From Pseudobdellovibrionaceae bacterium (lineage in GTDB: Bacteria > Bdellovibrionota > Bdellovibrionia > Bdellovibrionales > UBA1609), in the NCBI GenBank assembly GCA_015163855.1, contig JAAOIK010000007.1:28824-92823 (forward strand): DNA of 64,000 bases, written 5' to 3'. The number at the start of each line of letters is the position of its first letter. Within the stretch, counting starts at the first letter, position 1. The position numbers and the translations under genes were made by a program. Below the pieces are notes generated by a model, which was not told where the DNA came from, made no database searches, and saw nothing but the letters and a program-made list of their open reading frames with translations. Below, in pieces: positions 19,398 to 29,966 of this stretch.

Positions 19398-20498
19398 TTA
19401 CTCCTCGTTTCCCATTAATGCAGATACAAACTGCTTAGGGGCAAATACTTGAATGTCTTTTAAAGACTCCCCCATACCTAAAAACAAAACGGGCAAGTGT
19501 AAATCTTTAGCTAAACTAATTGCTACTCCACCCTTAGAACTGCCATCTAATTTTGTTAAAAGTACCCCTGTAATATTTAATTTGCGGTGAAAGTTTTCTG
19601 CTTGCACACAGGCATTTTGACCCGAATTAGCATCTAAAACTAAAAAAGACTCTTGAGGAGATTGTGGTAATAATTTTTTTACTACTTTTTTAATTTTTTC
19701 TAATTCATTCATTAAGTTCGATTGTGTGTGCAATCTTCCCGCAGTATCAATTAACACTAAATCATAATTTTGTGCCTTAGCTTTTTGGCAAGCATTATAA
19801 GCTACCGCAGAAGGGTCTTTCATATCCTCGGGAGCAAAAATACATACACCCGCTTGCTTACTCCACTGTACTAGTTGTTCTTGTGCTGCCGCTCTAAAAG
19901 TATCTGCAGAAGCCATTAATACCTTATAGCCTTTTTGATGAGCCATATAAGCCAATTTACCAATGGAGGTGGTTTTCCCTGCACCATTTACCCCTGAAAT
20001 TAACCAAACTACTGGGTCTTTTCTTTCGGGTGCATCTAAAGCCGTCCAAACAGTATTTGCATCTCTGTAAGCTAAATTTAACACATTTAACATTTCTAAT
20101 TTTAAAGAGGATAACAATACAGGATAAGTTAAATTATCTTTTTTTTGAATTTTTTCTAAAAAATAATGAGCGGTTTTAGGGCCTAAGTCACTGCCATAAA
20201 GTAACTCCTCTAAAGACTCCATATCTTCATCATTTAAAACCTGTGTTTTGCTAGAAAATATTTTTAACTTATCCGACCATGAACTTCGTGATTTTTCTAA
20301 AATAGAAAACAGGTCTTGATTTTTATTAAAAGTCACAGCTTCTTTGGAAGGTTTTGCTGTAAATTGTTTTTTTAAAGTGGCTTTGCTGTTTTTAAAAAAA
20401 GAGCTTTTTACTTTTGGGTATAATAAAAAAAAGAAAAGCAACAAAATTACCACAGCCACTAACAAAGGCCATTGTTGCACCAACCATTGCATATTCAT
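19398..20498 (-). CDS. ftsY: Signal recognition particle receptor FtsY
   Basis: GVNGAGKTTSIGKLA, DTAGRLH and TKLDG motifs. N-terminal membrane anchor. Confidence 0.95.
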   Translation of the reverse strand: MNMQWLVQQWPLLVAVVILLLFFFLLYPKVKSSFFKNSKATLKKQFTAKPSKEAVTFNKNQDLFSILEKSRSSWSDKLKIFSSKTQVLNDEDMESLEELLYGSDLGPKTAHYFLEKIQKKDNLTYPVLLSSLKLEMLNVLNLAYRDANTVWTALDAPERKDPVVWLISGVNGAGKTTSIGKLAYMAHQKGYKVLMASADTFRAAAQEQLVQWSKQAGVCIFAPEDMKDPSAVAYNACQKAKAQNYDLVLIDTAGRLHTQSNLMNELEKIKKVVKKLLPQSPQESFLVLDANSGQNACVQAENFHRKLNITGVLLTKLDGSSKGGVAISLAKDLHLPVLFLGMGESLKDIQVFAPKQFVSALMGNEE

Positions 20499-20502
20499 TA
20501 TA

Positions 20503-23500
20503 CTAAGACCACTTTTCTATTTTATCAAAATCTACTGATAATAATTTAGAAACCCCTTTTTCTTGCATGGTCACACCAAAAAGTTTGTCCAACCTCTTCA
20601 TGGTCTGTTTATTATGAGTAATAACGATAATTTGTGTATTTTTTGACATTTCTTTAACTAAATCATTAAACCGAATAACATTGGCTTCGTCTAAAGGAGC
20701 ATCCACCTCGTCTAATAAACAAAATGGCGATGGATTTACTAAAAATAAAGAAAAAATAAAAGCCACAGCAGATAAAGCTTTTTCTCCACCAGATAGTAAT
20801 TGAATGCGTTCTAATTTCTTACCTGGAGGGCTAACCATAATGTCCACTCCCTCTTCGCCAGTTTTTTCGTTAACTACTAAGCTTAGTTTAGCCGAACCCC
20901 CTCCAAATAAAGCAGGAAATACTTTTGTAAATTTATCATTAATTTTAGTAAATGTAGTATGAAACCTTTCTTTACAAATACCATCAATTTTAACCACTAC
21001 TTTATTTAATTGGTCTTTTGCAGATAATAAATCTTGGTGTTGGTTTTCTAAAAAAGTAAATTCTTGTAGCTGCTTTTCGTACTGTTCGCTAGCTACTAAA
21101 TTAACCTCTCCAATGCGCTGTAATTGCGAATATGCTTTTTCCATTTCTAATTCGATATTTTTAATAACTGCATCGATATCTTGGTTATTTAATACAGATA
21201 CTAATTCTTCTTCCTTTTCTTGTGCAATAACAGGTAAGTCGACTAAATACTTTTCTTTAACTTGTTCTACAAAATTATTTTGTTGTAAAACATAGGCTTC
21301 TAAGTTTAATTTTAAATTATGAGTTTTATCTTTCCAAGAAAATTGTTTAGTTCGTAAAGATTTTAATTTAGAATCTTTTTCCTCGATAGTATTTTTTTCT
21401 ATTTCATAATTGTTTACTAGTTCGGAATATTGCAATTGTAAGTTCTCTAAGTGCTTAATTTTTTCTGACAAAGCTTCTCTTTGCACTTTAATAGATTCTT
21501 CATAGGCTTTAATTGAAGAAACATTATTTACAATTTGCTTTTCTGCTTGCTCTTGCTCGACAGTTAATTCTTGTAAAGAAAGCGTTAGTAGTTCTTTTTG
21601 TTTTAGTAACCCGTCATGCTCTTTTTCAAATTGCGTAAACTGAATAGTTATGCGTTGTCTTTCATTTTGAACAGAAGAAAAGTCTTTTTCTAAAAAGACA
21701 AGTTCTTTTCCTAAAACTTCTAAATGTTCTTTTTTCTCTTTTACTTTTTTTGATAATTGTCCATTTTTTTCTTTAAAATTTTCTAATTGGCTTGCTTGTT
21801 CTTTTTCTTGATTAGTAAGAATACTAATTTCTTGGTATATACTATTTAACTTATCATTAAAGTGGTTAAATTTTAATTCTAATTCTTTTTTGTCTCTTTC
21901 TAGGTGCAATAAAGTATCTTTTTTATCGGCTTGTACTTTTTGAGCATCTTCGTAAGAGCTTTCTAAAAGCTCGATTTGTTCGTTGATTTTTTTCCACTGT
22001 TTTTTTGCCAAAGTTAGCTTCGCTTGCGCTTCTGTTTTTCCCGCTAATAATTCTTTAATTTCGCGATTTCTACTTAATAAACTCGACTCTTCTTTTTGCC
22101 CAGAACCTCCCGACAAAATTCCTTCCGAATTTAAAGCGTCTCCTTCTTTAGTAACAAAAGAGCATTGTGGATAATCTTTAATTAAACTCCAAGCTAAACC
22201 CATATTTTCTACCAAAACGGTGTTAGAAAAAATGTGCTTCACCGCTTCGGTGTAGTTGTCATCACTTTTTATAAAGTCTACTAATAAACCCTTAACACCC
22301 TCTTTTTTCATTAAAGAATTTTTATCAAAATCACAAGTAGGGCTCTGCGGAGACATCGATATAAACTCTTTATTAAAAAATTGCGAATGCCCTTGTTGGC
22401 TTTCTTTTAAGTAATTTAATGCCTGTATAGATTCCTCTTTATTAGAGGATAATAATAATTGTTCTTTATGACCTAAAGCTGCCGACACGGCTTTCTCTAA
22501 ATTTTCGGGAACTTCTAAAACCTCTGCAATAGGGGAAAAACTTAAACTTCCATCGGCTTGTTGTAAAGTTTGTTTTTGCCAAAGAAGTACATTTTTTACT
22601 CCTTTTTGAAAGCCAGCCCAGCTAGAAGATAAATCTTCTAAACTTTTTAATTTACTACTAATTGATAAATACTCTTCTTTTTTTTGGTCAATAAAATTCT
22701 GAGCTTGCGTGTTTTTTTCTTTTAAAATTTTTAAATTAGCATCAATATTATTTTTATCTTGAGATAAATTAAGATTCGTTTGGTTTTCTTCGTCAATCTT
22801 TTTAATTAAACCTTGTTGCTCTGCTTTGTTTTTCTTTTGCAACTCTTCTATCTGTAGTTTTTCTGTTTTATATTTATCTAATCTAGATAAAGTCCATTTA
22901 CATTTTTCTTCTATAATTTCTTTTTGACTAAAAAAATGAGAGTTTTCTTGTGCCATAACCAACAAACTTTCTTGCTCTAAAGAAAAATCTTTCTTTTTGG
23001 TATCTAACTGTATTTTGGCATTATCAAATGTCTCTTCTATCTTATGTCGAGAGATACTTTGCTCTTTATTAGCAGTTATTAGTTGCTCTATTTCTGTACT
23101 AATATCTTCAATTTGTTTAGAAAAATTTTCTTTGCGCGATTTATATTTTGTTAAAAAATTTTCTGACTGCTCTTTGTTCTCTTGTTCTCTAGATAACACA
23201 TACTCTAAATCTTTGCTTGCCATTTCTTTTTCACGAATAATATTTTGCACACCAGACACTTCTTGTTGCAAAACATTAATGCTTTTTTCTTTTTTTAATA
23301 AATTTAGCGATAGCTCGTCTTTGTTAACCTCTAAAGTGTTTAATTGTGTTTGAAAAGCCATTTCTTCTTTTTCGATGTCTGCTAAAGCGGCTTGGTCTTT
23401 AGCCATAGTGTTTTCAATATTTTTATAATGCAAAGCTTGCTTAAATAAATCTTTTTCTTCTATTTGTGCTTTAATTTTTTTATATTTTTCTGCCTTAGCA

Positions 23501-24135
23501 GCTTGCGACTCTAATGCTCTTAAAGATTTTTTTTGCTCTGATAAAATATCTTGTAAGCGTAATAAGTTTTGATCGGTAAGAATTAATTTTCTTTCTGATT
23601 CGCGTTTTTTTACTTTAAATTTACTTAACCCAGCCACCTCTTCTATAAAAGTGCGTCTTTCTTCTGGCTTTGATAAAATCATTCGACTAATTTGCCCCTG
23701 TTCTACAATGGAGAAACCCTTAGCCCCCGCCCCTGTGTCCATAAATATTTCTTGCACATCTTTTAAACGAACTTGCTCTTTATTAATTAAATACTCTGTT
23801 TCTAAGGAGCGATGGATACGGCGAGTAACGGTAATTTCAGAATGTTTTGCATATTTTACAGGAAACTGGCCTCCATCATTTCCTAAAGTAATGGACACTT
23901 CGGCCAAAGCTACAGAGCTGTATTTTTGCGTTCCAGAAAAAATCACATCCGACATTGCCGAGCCACGCAAAGCTTTTGGAGAGGTAGAACCCATCACCCA
24001 TAAAATGGCATCCACCACATTAGACTTGCCACAGCCATTAGGCCCAACAATTCCTGTTCTTTCTTTATCAAAAGTAATTCGCGTTTTATCTTTAAAAGAT
24101 TTAAAGCCATATAATTCTAAGTGTTTAATTTTCAA
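20503..24135 (-). CDS. smc: Chromosome segregation protein SMC
   Basis: N-terminal GPNGCGKSN Walker A, long coiled coils with a hinge, C-terminal LSGGEKA signature and LDEVDAPLD. Confidence 0.95.
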   Translation of the reverse strand: MKIKHLELYGFKSFKDKTRITFDKERTGIVGPNGCGKSNVVDAILWVMGSTSPKALRGSAMSDVIFSGTQKYSSVALAEVSITLGNDGGQFPVKYAKHSEITVTRRIHRSLETEYLINKEQVRLKDVQEIFMDTGAGAKGFSIVEQGQISRMILSKPEERRTFIEEVAGLSKFKVKKRESERKLILTDQNLLRLQDILSEQKKSLRALESQAAKAEKYKKIKAQIEEKDLFKQALHYKNIENTMAKDQAALADIEKEEMAFQTQLNTLEVNKDELSLNLLKKEKSINVLQQEVSGVQNIIREKEMASKDLEYVLSREQENKEQSENFLTKYKSRKENFSKQIEDISTEIEQLITANKEQSISRHKIEETFDNAKIQLDTKKKDFSLEQESLLVMAQENSHFFSQKEIIEEKCKWTLSRLDKYKTEKLQIEELQKKNKAEQQGLIKKIDEENQTNLNLSQDKNNIDANLKILKEKNTQAQNFIDQKKEEYLSISSKLKSLEDLSSSWAGFQKGVKNVLLWQKQTLQQADGSLSFSPIAEVLEVPENLEKAVSAALGHKEQLLLSSNKEESIQALNYLKESQQGHSQFFNKEFISMSPQSPTCDFDKNSLMKKEGVKGLLVDFIKSDDNYTEAVKHIFSNTVLVENMGLAWSLIKDYPQCSFVTKEGDALNSEGILSGGSGQKEESSLLSRNREIKELLAGKTEAQAKLTLAKKQWKKINEQIELLESSYEDAQKVQADKKDTLLHLERDKKELELKFNHFNDKLNSIYQEISILTNQEKEQASQLENFKEKNGQLSKKVKEKKEHLEVLGKELVFLEKDFSSVQNERQRITIQFTQFEKEHDGLLKQKELLTLSLQELTVEQEQAEKQIVNNVSSIKAYEESIKVQREALSEKIKHLENLQLQYSELVNNYEIEKNTIEEKDSKLKSLRTKQFSWKDKTHNLKLNLEAYVLQQNNFVEQVKEKYLVDLPVIAQEKEEELVSVLNNQDIDAVIKNIELEMEKAYSQLQRIGEVNLVASEQYEKQLQEFTFLENQHQDLLSAKDQLNKVVVKIDGICKERFHTTFTKINDKFTKVFPALFGGGSAKLSLVVNEKTGEEGVDIMVSPPGKKLERIQLLSGGEKALSAVAFIFSLFLVNPSPFCLLDEVDAPLDEANVIRFNDLVKEMSKNTQIIVITHNKQTMKRLDKLFGVTMQEKGVSKLLSVDFDKIEKWS

Positions 24136-24364
24136 GTGAGGCTCCCGTTTTATTTTAAAAATCCATTGTGTATTGTATACTAAAAGTAAGCGTATAAAAT
24201 CGACCTATAACCTTACTTTATTATCACCCTAAACTTAGGTTCAGTCCAGCCAGAATTGTTAAACAATCCTTAATGGAAAATAAGCATTTTGCGATGCGTT
24301 ATTTTTTACCTTCCTTTAGCTACTTAATCGTTGACAAATATACTGCAAAACTAGTTTATGCCTT

Positions 24365-24769
24365 ATGCCTTCTACTAGCTTACGCAGACAATCCAGAGAG
24401 TTAGCTTTACAGTTTTTACACCAAATAGATTTTACCAAAATGGCTTTGCCACAGTCTTTTCAAGACTTTAAAACCGCCTTTAGCTTTCCTGAAAACACTT
24501 GGCCTTATGCCACCAACATCATTTTAGGGGTAGACGCAAATAAACAGGAGATTTTAAAGCTCATTGAAAGTACATCTAAAAATTGGAAGCTAGACCGCAT
24601 AGCCAAAGTGGATTTGTACATTTTAAGTATTGCTATTTTTGAGTTAAAATTTTCTAAAGAAAACACAGATAAAGCGGTAATTATTAATGAAGCACTAGAG
24701 GTTGCTAAAAAATATTCATCAGCAAAGTCTTCTTCTTTTATTAATGGAATTTTAGATGAGGTTGCATAA
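24365..24769 (+). CDS. nusB: Transcription antitermination factor NusB
   Basis: RRQSRELALQFLHQ N-terminus. About 134 aa helical protein ending ...FINGILD. Confidence 0.9.
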   Translation: MPSTSLRRQSRELALQFLHQIDFTKMALPQSFQDFKTAFSFPENTWPYATNIILGVDANKQEILKLIESTSKNWKLDRIAKVDLYILSIAIFELKFSKENTDKAVIINEALEVAKKYSSAKSSSFINGILDEVA

Positions 24770-25143
24770 TGATTCGTGAAATTCATCTTAGCAGTGCCTT
24801 TTCTTTAGGCGCTAATATTTGGGTCAGCCCTCATGACAACGGAACCTCGGTAATCAAACAGCTAGATTACTTTACACAATTTCAATTAAGCAAAAACAGC
24901 AATAAACCCCTATTTATGCTTTACAATCACCGACTACTGCCTTGTACGGCTATTATGCAAGTCCATTATAAACCCTCTGAAAAAGTCGCTTGGATTAAAA
25001 ATATTTTTACTGTTTGGGAAAAACAAAACAAAGAAAGTTTGCGTATTTTTTTACCAAAAGATTTTGATGCACAATTATGCAAAAAATATTTAACAGAGAT
25101 TTTTCCAGATAGCGCAGATATTTCTTTAGTTAGCGAAGATTAA
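24769..25143 (+). CDS. Hypothetical protein (124 aa), start overlaps the nusB stop (TAATG)
   Basis: ORF with a 1-nt overlap to nusB. No recognised motif. Its last 10 codons plus stop form copy 1 of a 40-bp tandem repeat. Confidence 0.5.
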   Translation: MIREIHLSSAFSLGANIWVSPHDNGTSVIKQLDYFTQFQLSKNSNKPLFMLYNHRLLPCTAIMQVHYKPSEKVAWIKNIFTVWEKQNKESLRIFLPKDFDAQLCKKYLTEIFPDSADISLVSED

Positions 25144-25230
25144 GTAAGTTAGCGCAGATATCTCTTTAGTTAGCAAAGCTTAAGTAAGTTAGCGCAGGTA
25201 TTTCTTTAGTTAGCGAAGATTAAGTAAGTT
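25111..25230. repeat. Tandem repeat, 3 x 40 bp (agcgcagatatttctttagttagcgaagattaagtaagtt)
   Basis: Copies at 25111-25150, 25151-25190 and 25191-25230, with 3 and 1 substitutions relative to copy 1. Confidence 0.95.
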
Positions 25231-25235
25231 AATAC

Positions 25236-27548
25236 TTAAGCTTCTAGTTGATGCAAAATATCTTTTGCTCTATTTAATAAATCGGTGGGCAGTCCTGCAA
25301 GTTTGGCTACATACAATCCATAGGATTTATTAGCCGAACCCTTAGTTAAGGTATATAAAAATTCTATACTATTATCTTTTTGTGTATTTTCTTTTACTGC
25401 CATATGTTGATTTTCCATATTAGAGTATCGACTTTCTAAACTAGCAATTTCGTGGTAATGGGTGGAAAATAATAAAGTGGCTTTTGTTTTTGATAAAAAA
25501 TATTCTAATATAGCTTGAGCTAAACTTAAACCATCGTAAGTGCTTGTGCCCCTTCCTATTTCATCTAACACCACTAAAGATTGAGTGCTTGCGGTTTTTA
25601 AAATACTTGCTGTTTCTTGCATTTCTAACATAAAAGTAGATACCCCTTCGGATAAAATATCACTAGCGCCAATTCTAGTATAAATACCATCAAATAAACA
25701 TAGCTGCGCCTGTCTTGCAGGAACAAACGAACCTATTTGACACAACAATACACTTAAGGCCACTTGACGCATTATAGTGCTTTTACCAGCCATATTAGGC
25801 CCTGTTAACACAATACCGCAACCTTGTTTTAAATGAATATCATTGGCTGTAAAGTTTTGTAACTGCTCTAAAACAGGGTGGCGACTAGCCAATAAACTAA
25901 GGTGATTTTCTGTAAACTCTGGACATATATAATTGTTTTCTAAAGCTAGCCACGACAAAGAAGACAATACATCGGTTTCGTTTATAAAACGAGACAATAA
26001 TAAAAAGTCCGAAAAATATTGAGACACTTCTTTTTTTAAATCATTTAAACATTCATATTCTAAAGATAAAGTTTTTTGTTTAGCTAACAATAATTTATCT
26101 GCTACCTTATCTAAAGGCGCATACCCATAACGAGTAGCCTGTTTTAAACTTTGTTTTGCCTTGTATTCTAAGGGAACTTTATCTTTATGCGTATTAGTTA
26201 CCTCTATATAAAAACCAAACACAGGACTATAAGAAATTTTTAAAGAAGAGATTCCCGTACGCTCTCGTTCTGTTTCTGCTAAATTTTGTAAATAACTATC
26301 CCCTTCTTGAGAAGAACTTCTTAATTCATCTAATTGCGCATTAGCATAGGGTTTAATAAAGCCACCATTTTTTAATGCACTGGGAGGGTCGGCTACCAAA
26401 GTGTTATCTACTTGCTCACTAATTTTAAAAGCGGCTATAATAATTTCTTGAGGTAAATATTTTTTATCTTCATCGCTAAGTAAATCATACACCTCTGCAG
26501 CCGCTTTTAAAGATTTAGATAAAAATAAAATATCTCGAGGATGACAAGAAGGATACGATAACTTTAATAAACTTCTTTGTATATCGCCCACTAATGATAA
26601 GTGTTGCCGTACCGCCTTTAACTCTAAGGTTTGCTGTACCCAATATTTTATTTTATTTTGTCTACTTATAATTTTCGCTTTATCTGTTAACGGAAACTTT
26701 AAATAATCTTTTAATAGGCGAGCTCCTCCTGCGGTGCGCGTTTTATTAATAACAGAAAATAAACTTCCTTTATTTTGTCCTTCATAGTTTTTAAATACTT
26801 CTAAATTATATAAACTTTGGTCAGAAATCGTAAAACTATTTTTTAAACTTCTTTTTTTAAATGCCTGAGTGTGGGTAATATTTGGTTTAACAGTATGTAT
26901 ATAAGATAATAAAAAATTAACCGCAGAAGCTTCGTAAATGATGGGTGGATTTTTAGTATTTTTTATAACTTCTTCTGGCTTTTTTGAGTGAACAGAAAGA
27001 TGAAAGTTTTTATTTTTATTTAACCAATAGGCTCTTTGCTGAGCGGTTACCACCAACTCCACAGGCTTTAACAAATGTAGTAAAGCTAAAGCTTCTTCCT
27101 CGGTATTTATTATATAGTAAAAAGCTTCTCCTGTAGATAAATCTAAAAAAGCAACACTACTTTCATCATAGGCAGCTATAAAGTATTGCGACAATGCATC
27201 TAAAGTGTCTGGGTCATAAACCATTCCTGGGCTAAGAATATGGGTTACCTCTCTTTTTACTAAAATTTTTGCTTCGCTTGCTTCTTCCACTTGATCGCAA
27301 ATCGCTACTTTATAGCCTTGGGATAACAGTGTCGCTATGGGCAATTTTAAACTATGGTGAGGAAAACCACACATGGGAGTTTTTTCTGTGGATTTTTTAT
27401 TTCTATAAGTTAAACGAATATTTAATAAGGGTGCAGCGACTTTGGCATCTTCATGAAAAAGTTCAAAGAAATCTCCCATTCTAAATAGTAAAATTTTATC
27501 TTTATGTTGTGATTTTATATCCCAGTACTGTTTCATTAACGGAGTCAT
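25236..27548 (-). CDS. mutS: DNA mismatch repair protein MutS
   Basis: TPLMKQYWDIK...FRMGDFFELF N-terminus, GPNMAGKST Walker A, DEIGRGTSTYDG. Confidence 0.95.
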   Translation of the reverse strand: MTPLMKQYWDIKSQHKDKILLFRMGDFFELFHEDAKVAAPLLNIRLTYRNKKSTEKTPMCGFPHHSLKLPIATLLSQGYKVAICDQVEEASEAKILVKREVTHILSPGMVYDPDTLDALSQYFIAAYDESSVAFLDLSTGEAFYYIINTEEEALALLHLLKPVELVVTAQQRAYWLNKNKNFHLSVHSKKPEEVIKNTKNPPIIYEASAVNFLLSYIHTVKPNITHTQAFKKRSLKNSFTISDQSLYNLEVFKNYEGQNKGSLFSVINKTRTAGGARLLKDYLKFPLTDKAKIISRQNKIKYWVQQTLELKAVRQHLSLVGDIQRSLLKLSYPSCHPRDILFLSKSLKAAAEVYDLLSDEDKKYLPQEIIIAAFKISEQVDNTLVADPPSALKNGGFIKPYANAQLDELRSSSQEGDSYLQNLAETERERTGISSLKISYSPVFGFYIEVTNTHKDKVPLEYKAKQSLKQATRYGYAPLDKVADKLLLAKQKTLSLEYECLNDLKKEVSQYFSDFLLLSRFINETDVLSSLSWLALENNYICPEFTENHLSLLASRHPVLEQLQNFTANDIHLKQGCGIVLTGPNMAGKSTIMRQVALSVLLCQIGSFVPARQAQLCLFDGIYTRIGASDILSEGVSTFMLEMQETASILKTASTQSLVVLDEIGRGTSTYDGLSLAQAILEYFLSKTKATLLFSTHYHEIASLESRYSNMENQHMAVKENTQKDNSIEFLYTLTKGSANKSYGLYVAKLAGLPTDLLNRAKDILHQLEA

Positions 27549-29065
27549 GCTATTACCTTTGAAAATTTTTCTTTTATTTTTTGATAAATACCATCAAAGC
27601 TACCATTGCTCATAATAACCACCACATCTCCAGCCCGTAAATGCTTTTGTAAAAAAGAAACAATTTCACTCGCCAAATCAATACACTGTGCCTTGGGAGG
27701 TGTACATTTACTAAAAGCATTAATATCCTCCACTAACTGTTGAGAAGAAAACCTTTGGGTTTGTATAATTTTATCTTGATAATAAGCCTTTGCAATAATA
27801 ACTTGATCGGCCTTATCAAAGGCTTTAACAAAAGCCTTTTGAAAAACATCGCGCCTAGATGTCGCCGAACGAGGCTCAAAAATGGCAAACACCCGACCCC
27901 TTGCAGAGTCCTTACTACTTGAAGAAAAGTATTGATTTTTAATAGCGTCTAAAGTTAAGCTTACGGCCGTGGGATGATGAGCAAAATCTTCTATAAAACG
28001 AATTCCTCTGCTTTGAAAAAACAAATCTTGCCTTCTTTTTACTCCCTTAAAACTTTGCAAGGCAGTTAATACTTTTTCATTAGACAACTGCTGTGTAGAA
28101 TATTTTATCCACTCCGAAAACAAAACCCATACCGCTAAGTTGTTTAATATATTGTGCTTGCCAAATAAAGTGGATTGCAAGTTTACTTCTTTATTCGTAC
28201 TACTATCTTTGACTAAAATGTTTTGAAAAGTATTAGTATAACTATACTCGGTAACTACATAATGATTAGAAAAAGGGGGTTGAATGTCCATTTTATTAAA
28301 ACCAAAGCCAATAATTTTAGAATTAATTTTTGCAGAGTCTAACAGTGTTTTAATATTTTTATCATCACTGTTAACTATTAATAAGCCTTCTTTAGGAATA
28401 AGCTCTACTAATTTTTTAAAGGCACTTAACACTTGATCTAAGTTGTCATAAATATCTGCATGATCAAATTCAATTCCTGTTAAAATTACAAAATGTGGTT
28501 TATAGTGTAAAAACTTAGGCCCTTTATCAAAAAAAGCCGTGTCGTATTCATCTCCCTCTATAATAAAATGCTCGCCAGATTGTTCTAAAAAAGATTGGCT
28601 AAAATTTTTTGCAACACCTCCTATTAAAAAACTAGGACTTAAATTGCAAGATTCAAAAACCCACGACATTAAAGCAGTGGTAGTGGTTTTGCCATGAGTA
28701 CCAGCCACAATAACACTCTTTTTCTCTTTTATAAAAAAAGCAGATATAGCTTGAGGCAAACTGATATAAGGTATTTTTAGTCGCTCCATTTCTACAGCTT
28801 CTTCAAAATGTTTGCTAATAACATTGCCCACAATAATTAAATCTGGCCTTGGGTTTAAATTACTAGAAGAATAAGGAGTTTTAACAGTAATTTCTAAATT
28901 GGCCAACTGATCAGACATGGGAGGGTAAGCCGCCGAGTCACTACCTCCAACAACAAATCCTTGCCCCTGTAAAAGGCCTGCAAGACTAGCCATAGCCGTG
29001 CCACAAATGCCCATCAAATATATAAAAGCCCCTGGCTTTAATGATTTTAAATTATTATTACTCAT
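27545..29065 (-). CDS. mpl: UDP-N-acetylmuramate:L-Ala-gamma-D-Glu-meso-DAP ligase (Mpl-type Mur ligase)
   Basis: GICGTAMASLAGLL...GSD..AYPPMS N-terminus and GTHGKTTTT P-loop. A MurC assignment cannot be fully excluded. Confidence 0.8.
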   Translation of the reverse strand: MSNNNLKSLKPGAFIYLMGICGTAMASLAGLLQGQGFVVGGSDSAAYPPMSDQLANLEITVKTPYSSSNLNPRPDLIIVGNVISKHFEEAVEMERLKIPYISLPQAISAFFIKEKKSVIVAGTHGKTTTTALMSWVFESCNLSPSFLIGGVAKNFSQSFLEQSGEHFIIEGDEYDTAFFDKGPKFLHYKPHFVILTGIEFDHADIYDNLDQVLSAFKKLVELIPKEGLLIVNSDDKNIKTLLDSAKINSKIIGFGFNKMDIQPPFSNHYVVTEYSYTNTFQNILVKDSSTNKEVNLQSTLFGKHNILNNLAVWVLFSEWIKYSTQQLSNEKVLTALQSFKGVKRRQDLFFQSRGIRFIEDFAHHPTAVSLTLDAIKNQYFSSSSKDSARGRVFAIFEPRSATSRRDVFQKAFVKAFDKADQVIIAKAYYQDKIIQTQRFSSQQLVEDINAFSKCTPPKAQCIDLASEIVSFLQKHLRAGDVVVIMSNGSFDGIYQKIKEKFSKVIA

Positions 29066-29122
29066 AATAAATGGCTTTAAACTAATTTATTAATTTACAC
29101 ATTACAAATACTTTTTAATTTA

Positions 29123-29935
29123 CTAATCCCACTCACAAAGCACAGGGCAATGATCCGAACCCAATTGCTTATTTAAAATATCTACTTTTTTAATTTTACT
29201 AGCTAGCTTTTTTGTACTGCAAATATAATCTAATCTCCATCCTTTATTATTTTGTCGGGCCAAACTACGATAAGACCACCAACTGTATTTGTCTTTTTTT
29301 TGCGGATATATACTACGATAAGAATCCACAAATCCTGAAGCTAAAAAAGTATCAAACCACTGCCTTTCTTCTGGCAAAAAACCACTAGTTTCTGCTAAGC
29401 GAACAGGGTCATGAATATCTATAGCTTTATGAGCAATATTATAATCCCCCACCACAATAATTTGTAAATTTTCTTGCATCTTTTTTTTCAAATGCTTTAA
29501 AAATTTTTTTAAAAATTCTTGTTTAAAATTGTGCCGCTCTTCAGAAGCTGCTCCATTGGGAAAATAAACATTATATAATAAAAATTTTTTATTATTTTTC
29601 GTGTATTCATGAATAATAAAACGGCCCTCTGTATCAAATTTTTTAATTCCAATGCCAAATGTGGTTTTAACATTACAAGCTAAATCGGACCGAATATAAC
29701 TAGCTACTCCAGAATAACCTTTTCGCTCGGCAGAAGACCAAATGGATTGGTAGTCGGCTTTTGCTAAAATTTCTTTACTCCATGTTGGAGATAATAACTC
29801 TGTGCTAAGCTGGTCTTCATGTGCTTTGCTTTCTTGAATGCATAAAAAATCAGGATTTTCTTTTTTTAAAAATTTTAAAAAACCTTTTTTTTCACACGCA
29901 CGAATACCATTAACATTCCAAGAAATAATTTTCAT
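29123..29935 (-). CDS. xthA: Exodeoxyribonuclease III
   Basis: MKIISWNVNGIRA N-terminus and C-terminal SDHCPV motif. Confidence 0.9.
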   Translation of the reverse strand: MKIISWNVNGIRACEKKGFLKFLKKENPDFLCIQESKAHEDQLSTELLSPTWSKEILAKADYQSIWSSAERKGYSGVASYIRSDLACNVKTTFGIGIKKFDTEGRFIIHEYTKNNKKFLLYNVYFPNGAASEERHNFKQEFLKKFLKHLKKKMQENLQIIVVGDYNIAHKAIDIHDPVRLAETSGFLPEERQWFDTFLASGFVDSYRSIYPQKKDKYSWWSYRSLARQNNKGWRLDYICSTKKLASKIKKVDILNKQLGSDHCPVLCEWD

Positions 29936-29966
29936 ATATAAACCTCAGCTCGGTAAAATCGGAATT

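Noticed and set aside
24238-24248. aggttcagtcc in the 229-nt smc/nusB intergenic region resembles a tRNA T-loop (GGTTCGAATCC).
   Set aside because: The flanking sequence cannot form T-arm, acceptor or anticodon stems. I could not build a cloverleaf in any intergenic gap longer than 70 nt.
24331-24367. TTGACA (24331-24336) 17 nt before GTTTAT, placing a possible TSS at the nusB ATG (leaderless mRNA).
   Set aside because: The -10 candidate matches the consensus at only 3 of 6 positions. Without TSS data the leaderless interpretation is speculative.
24273-24410. 45-aa ORF (MENKHFAMRYFLPSF...) in the smc/nusB gap that runs into nusB.
   Set aside because: No Shine-Dalgarno sequence, it overlaps the nusB start in another frame, and it has no recognisable family. 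Probably spurious.
25111-25230. A possible miniature CRISPR array, suggested by the regularly spaced 40-bp repeats.
   Set aside because: The units are directly abutting with no spacers. There are only three copies and no cas genes in the window. It is a simple tandem duplication.
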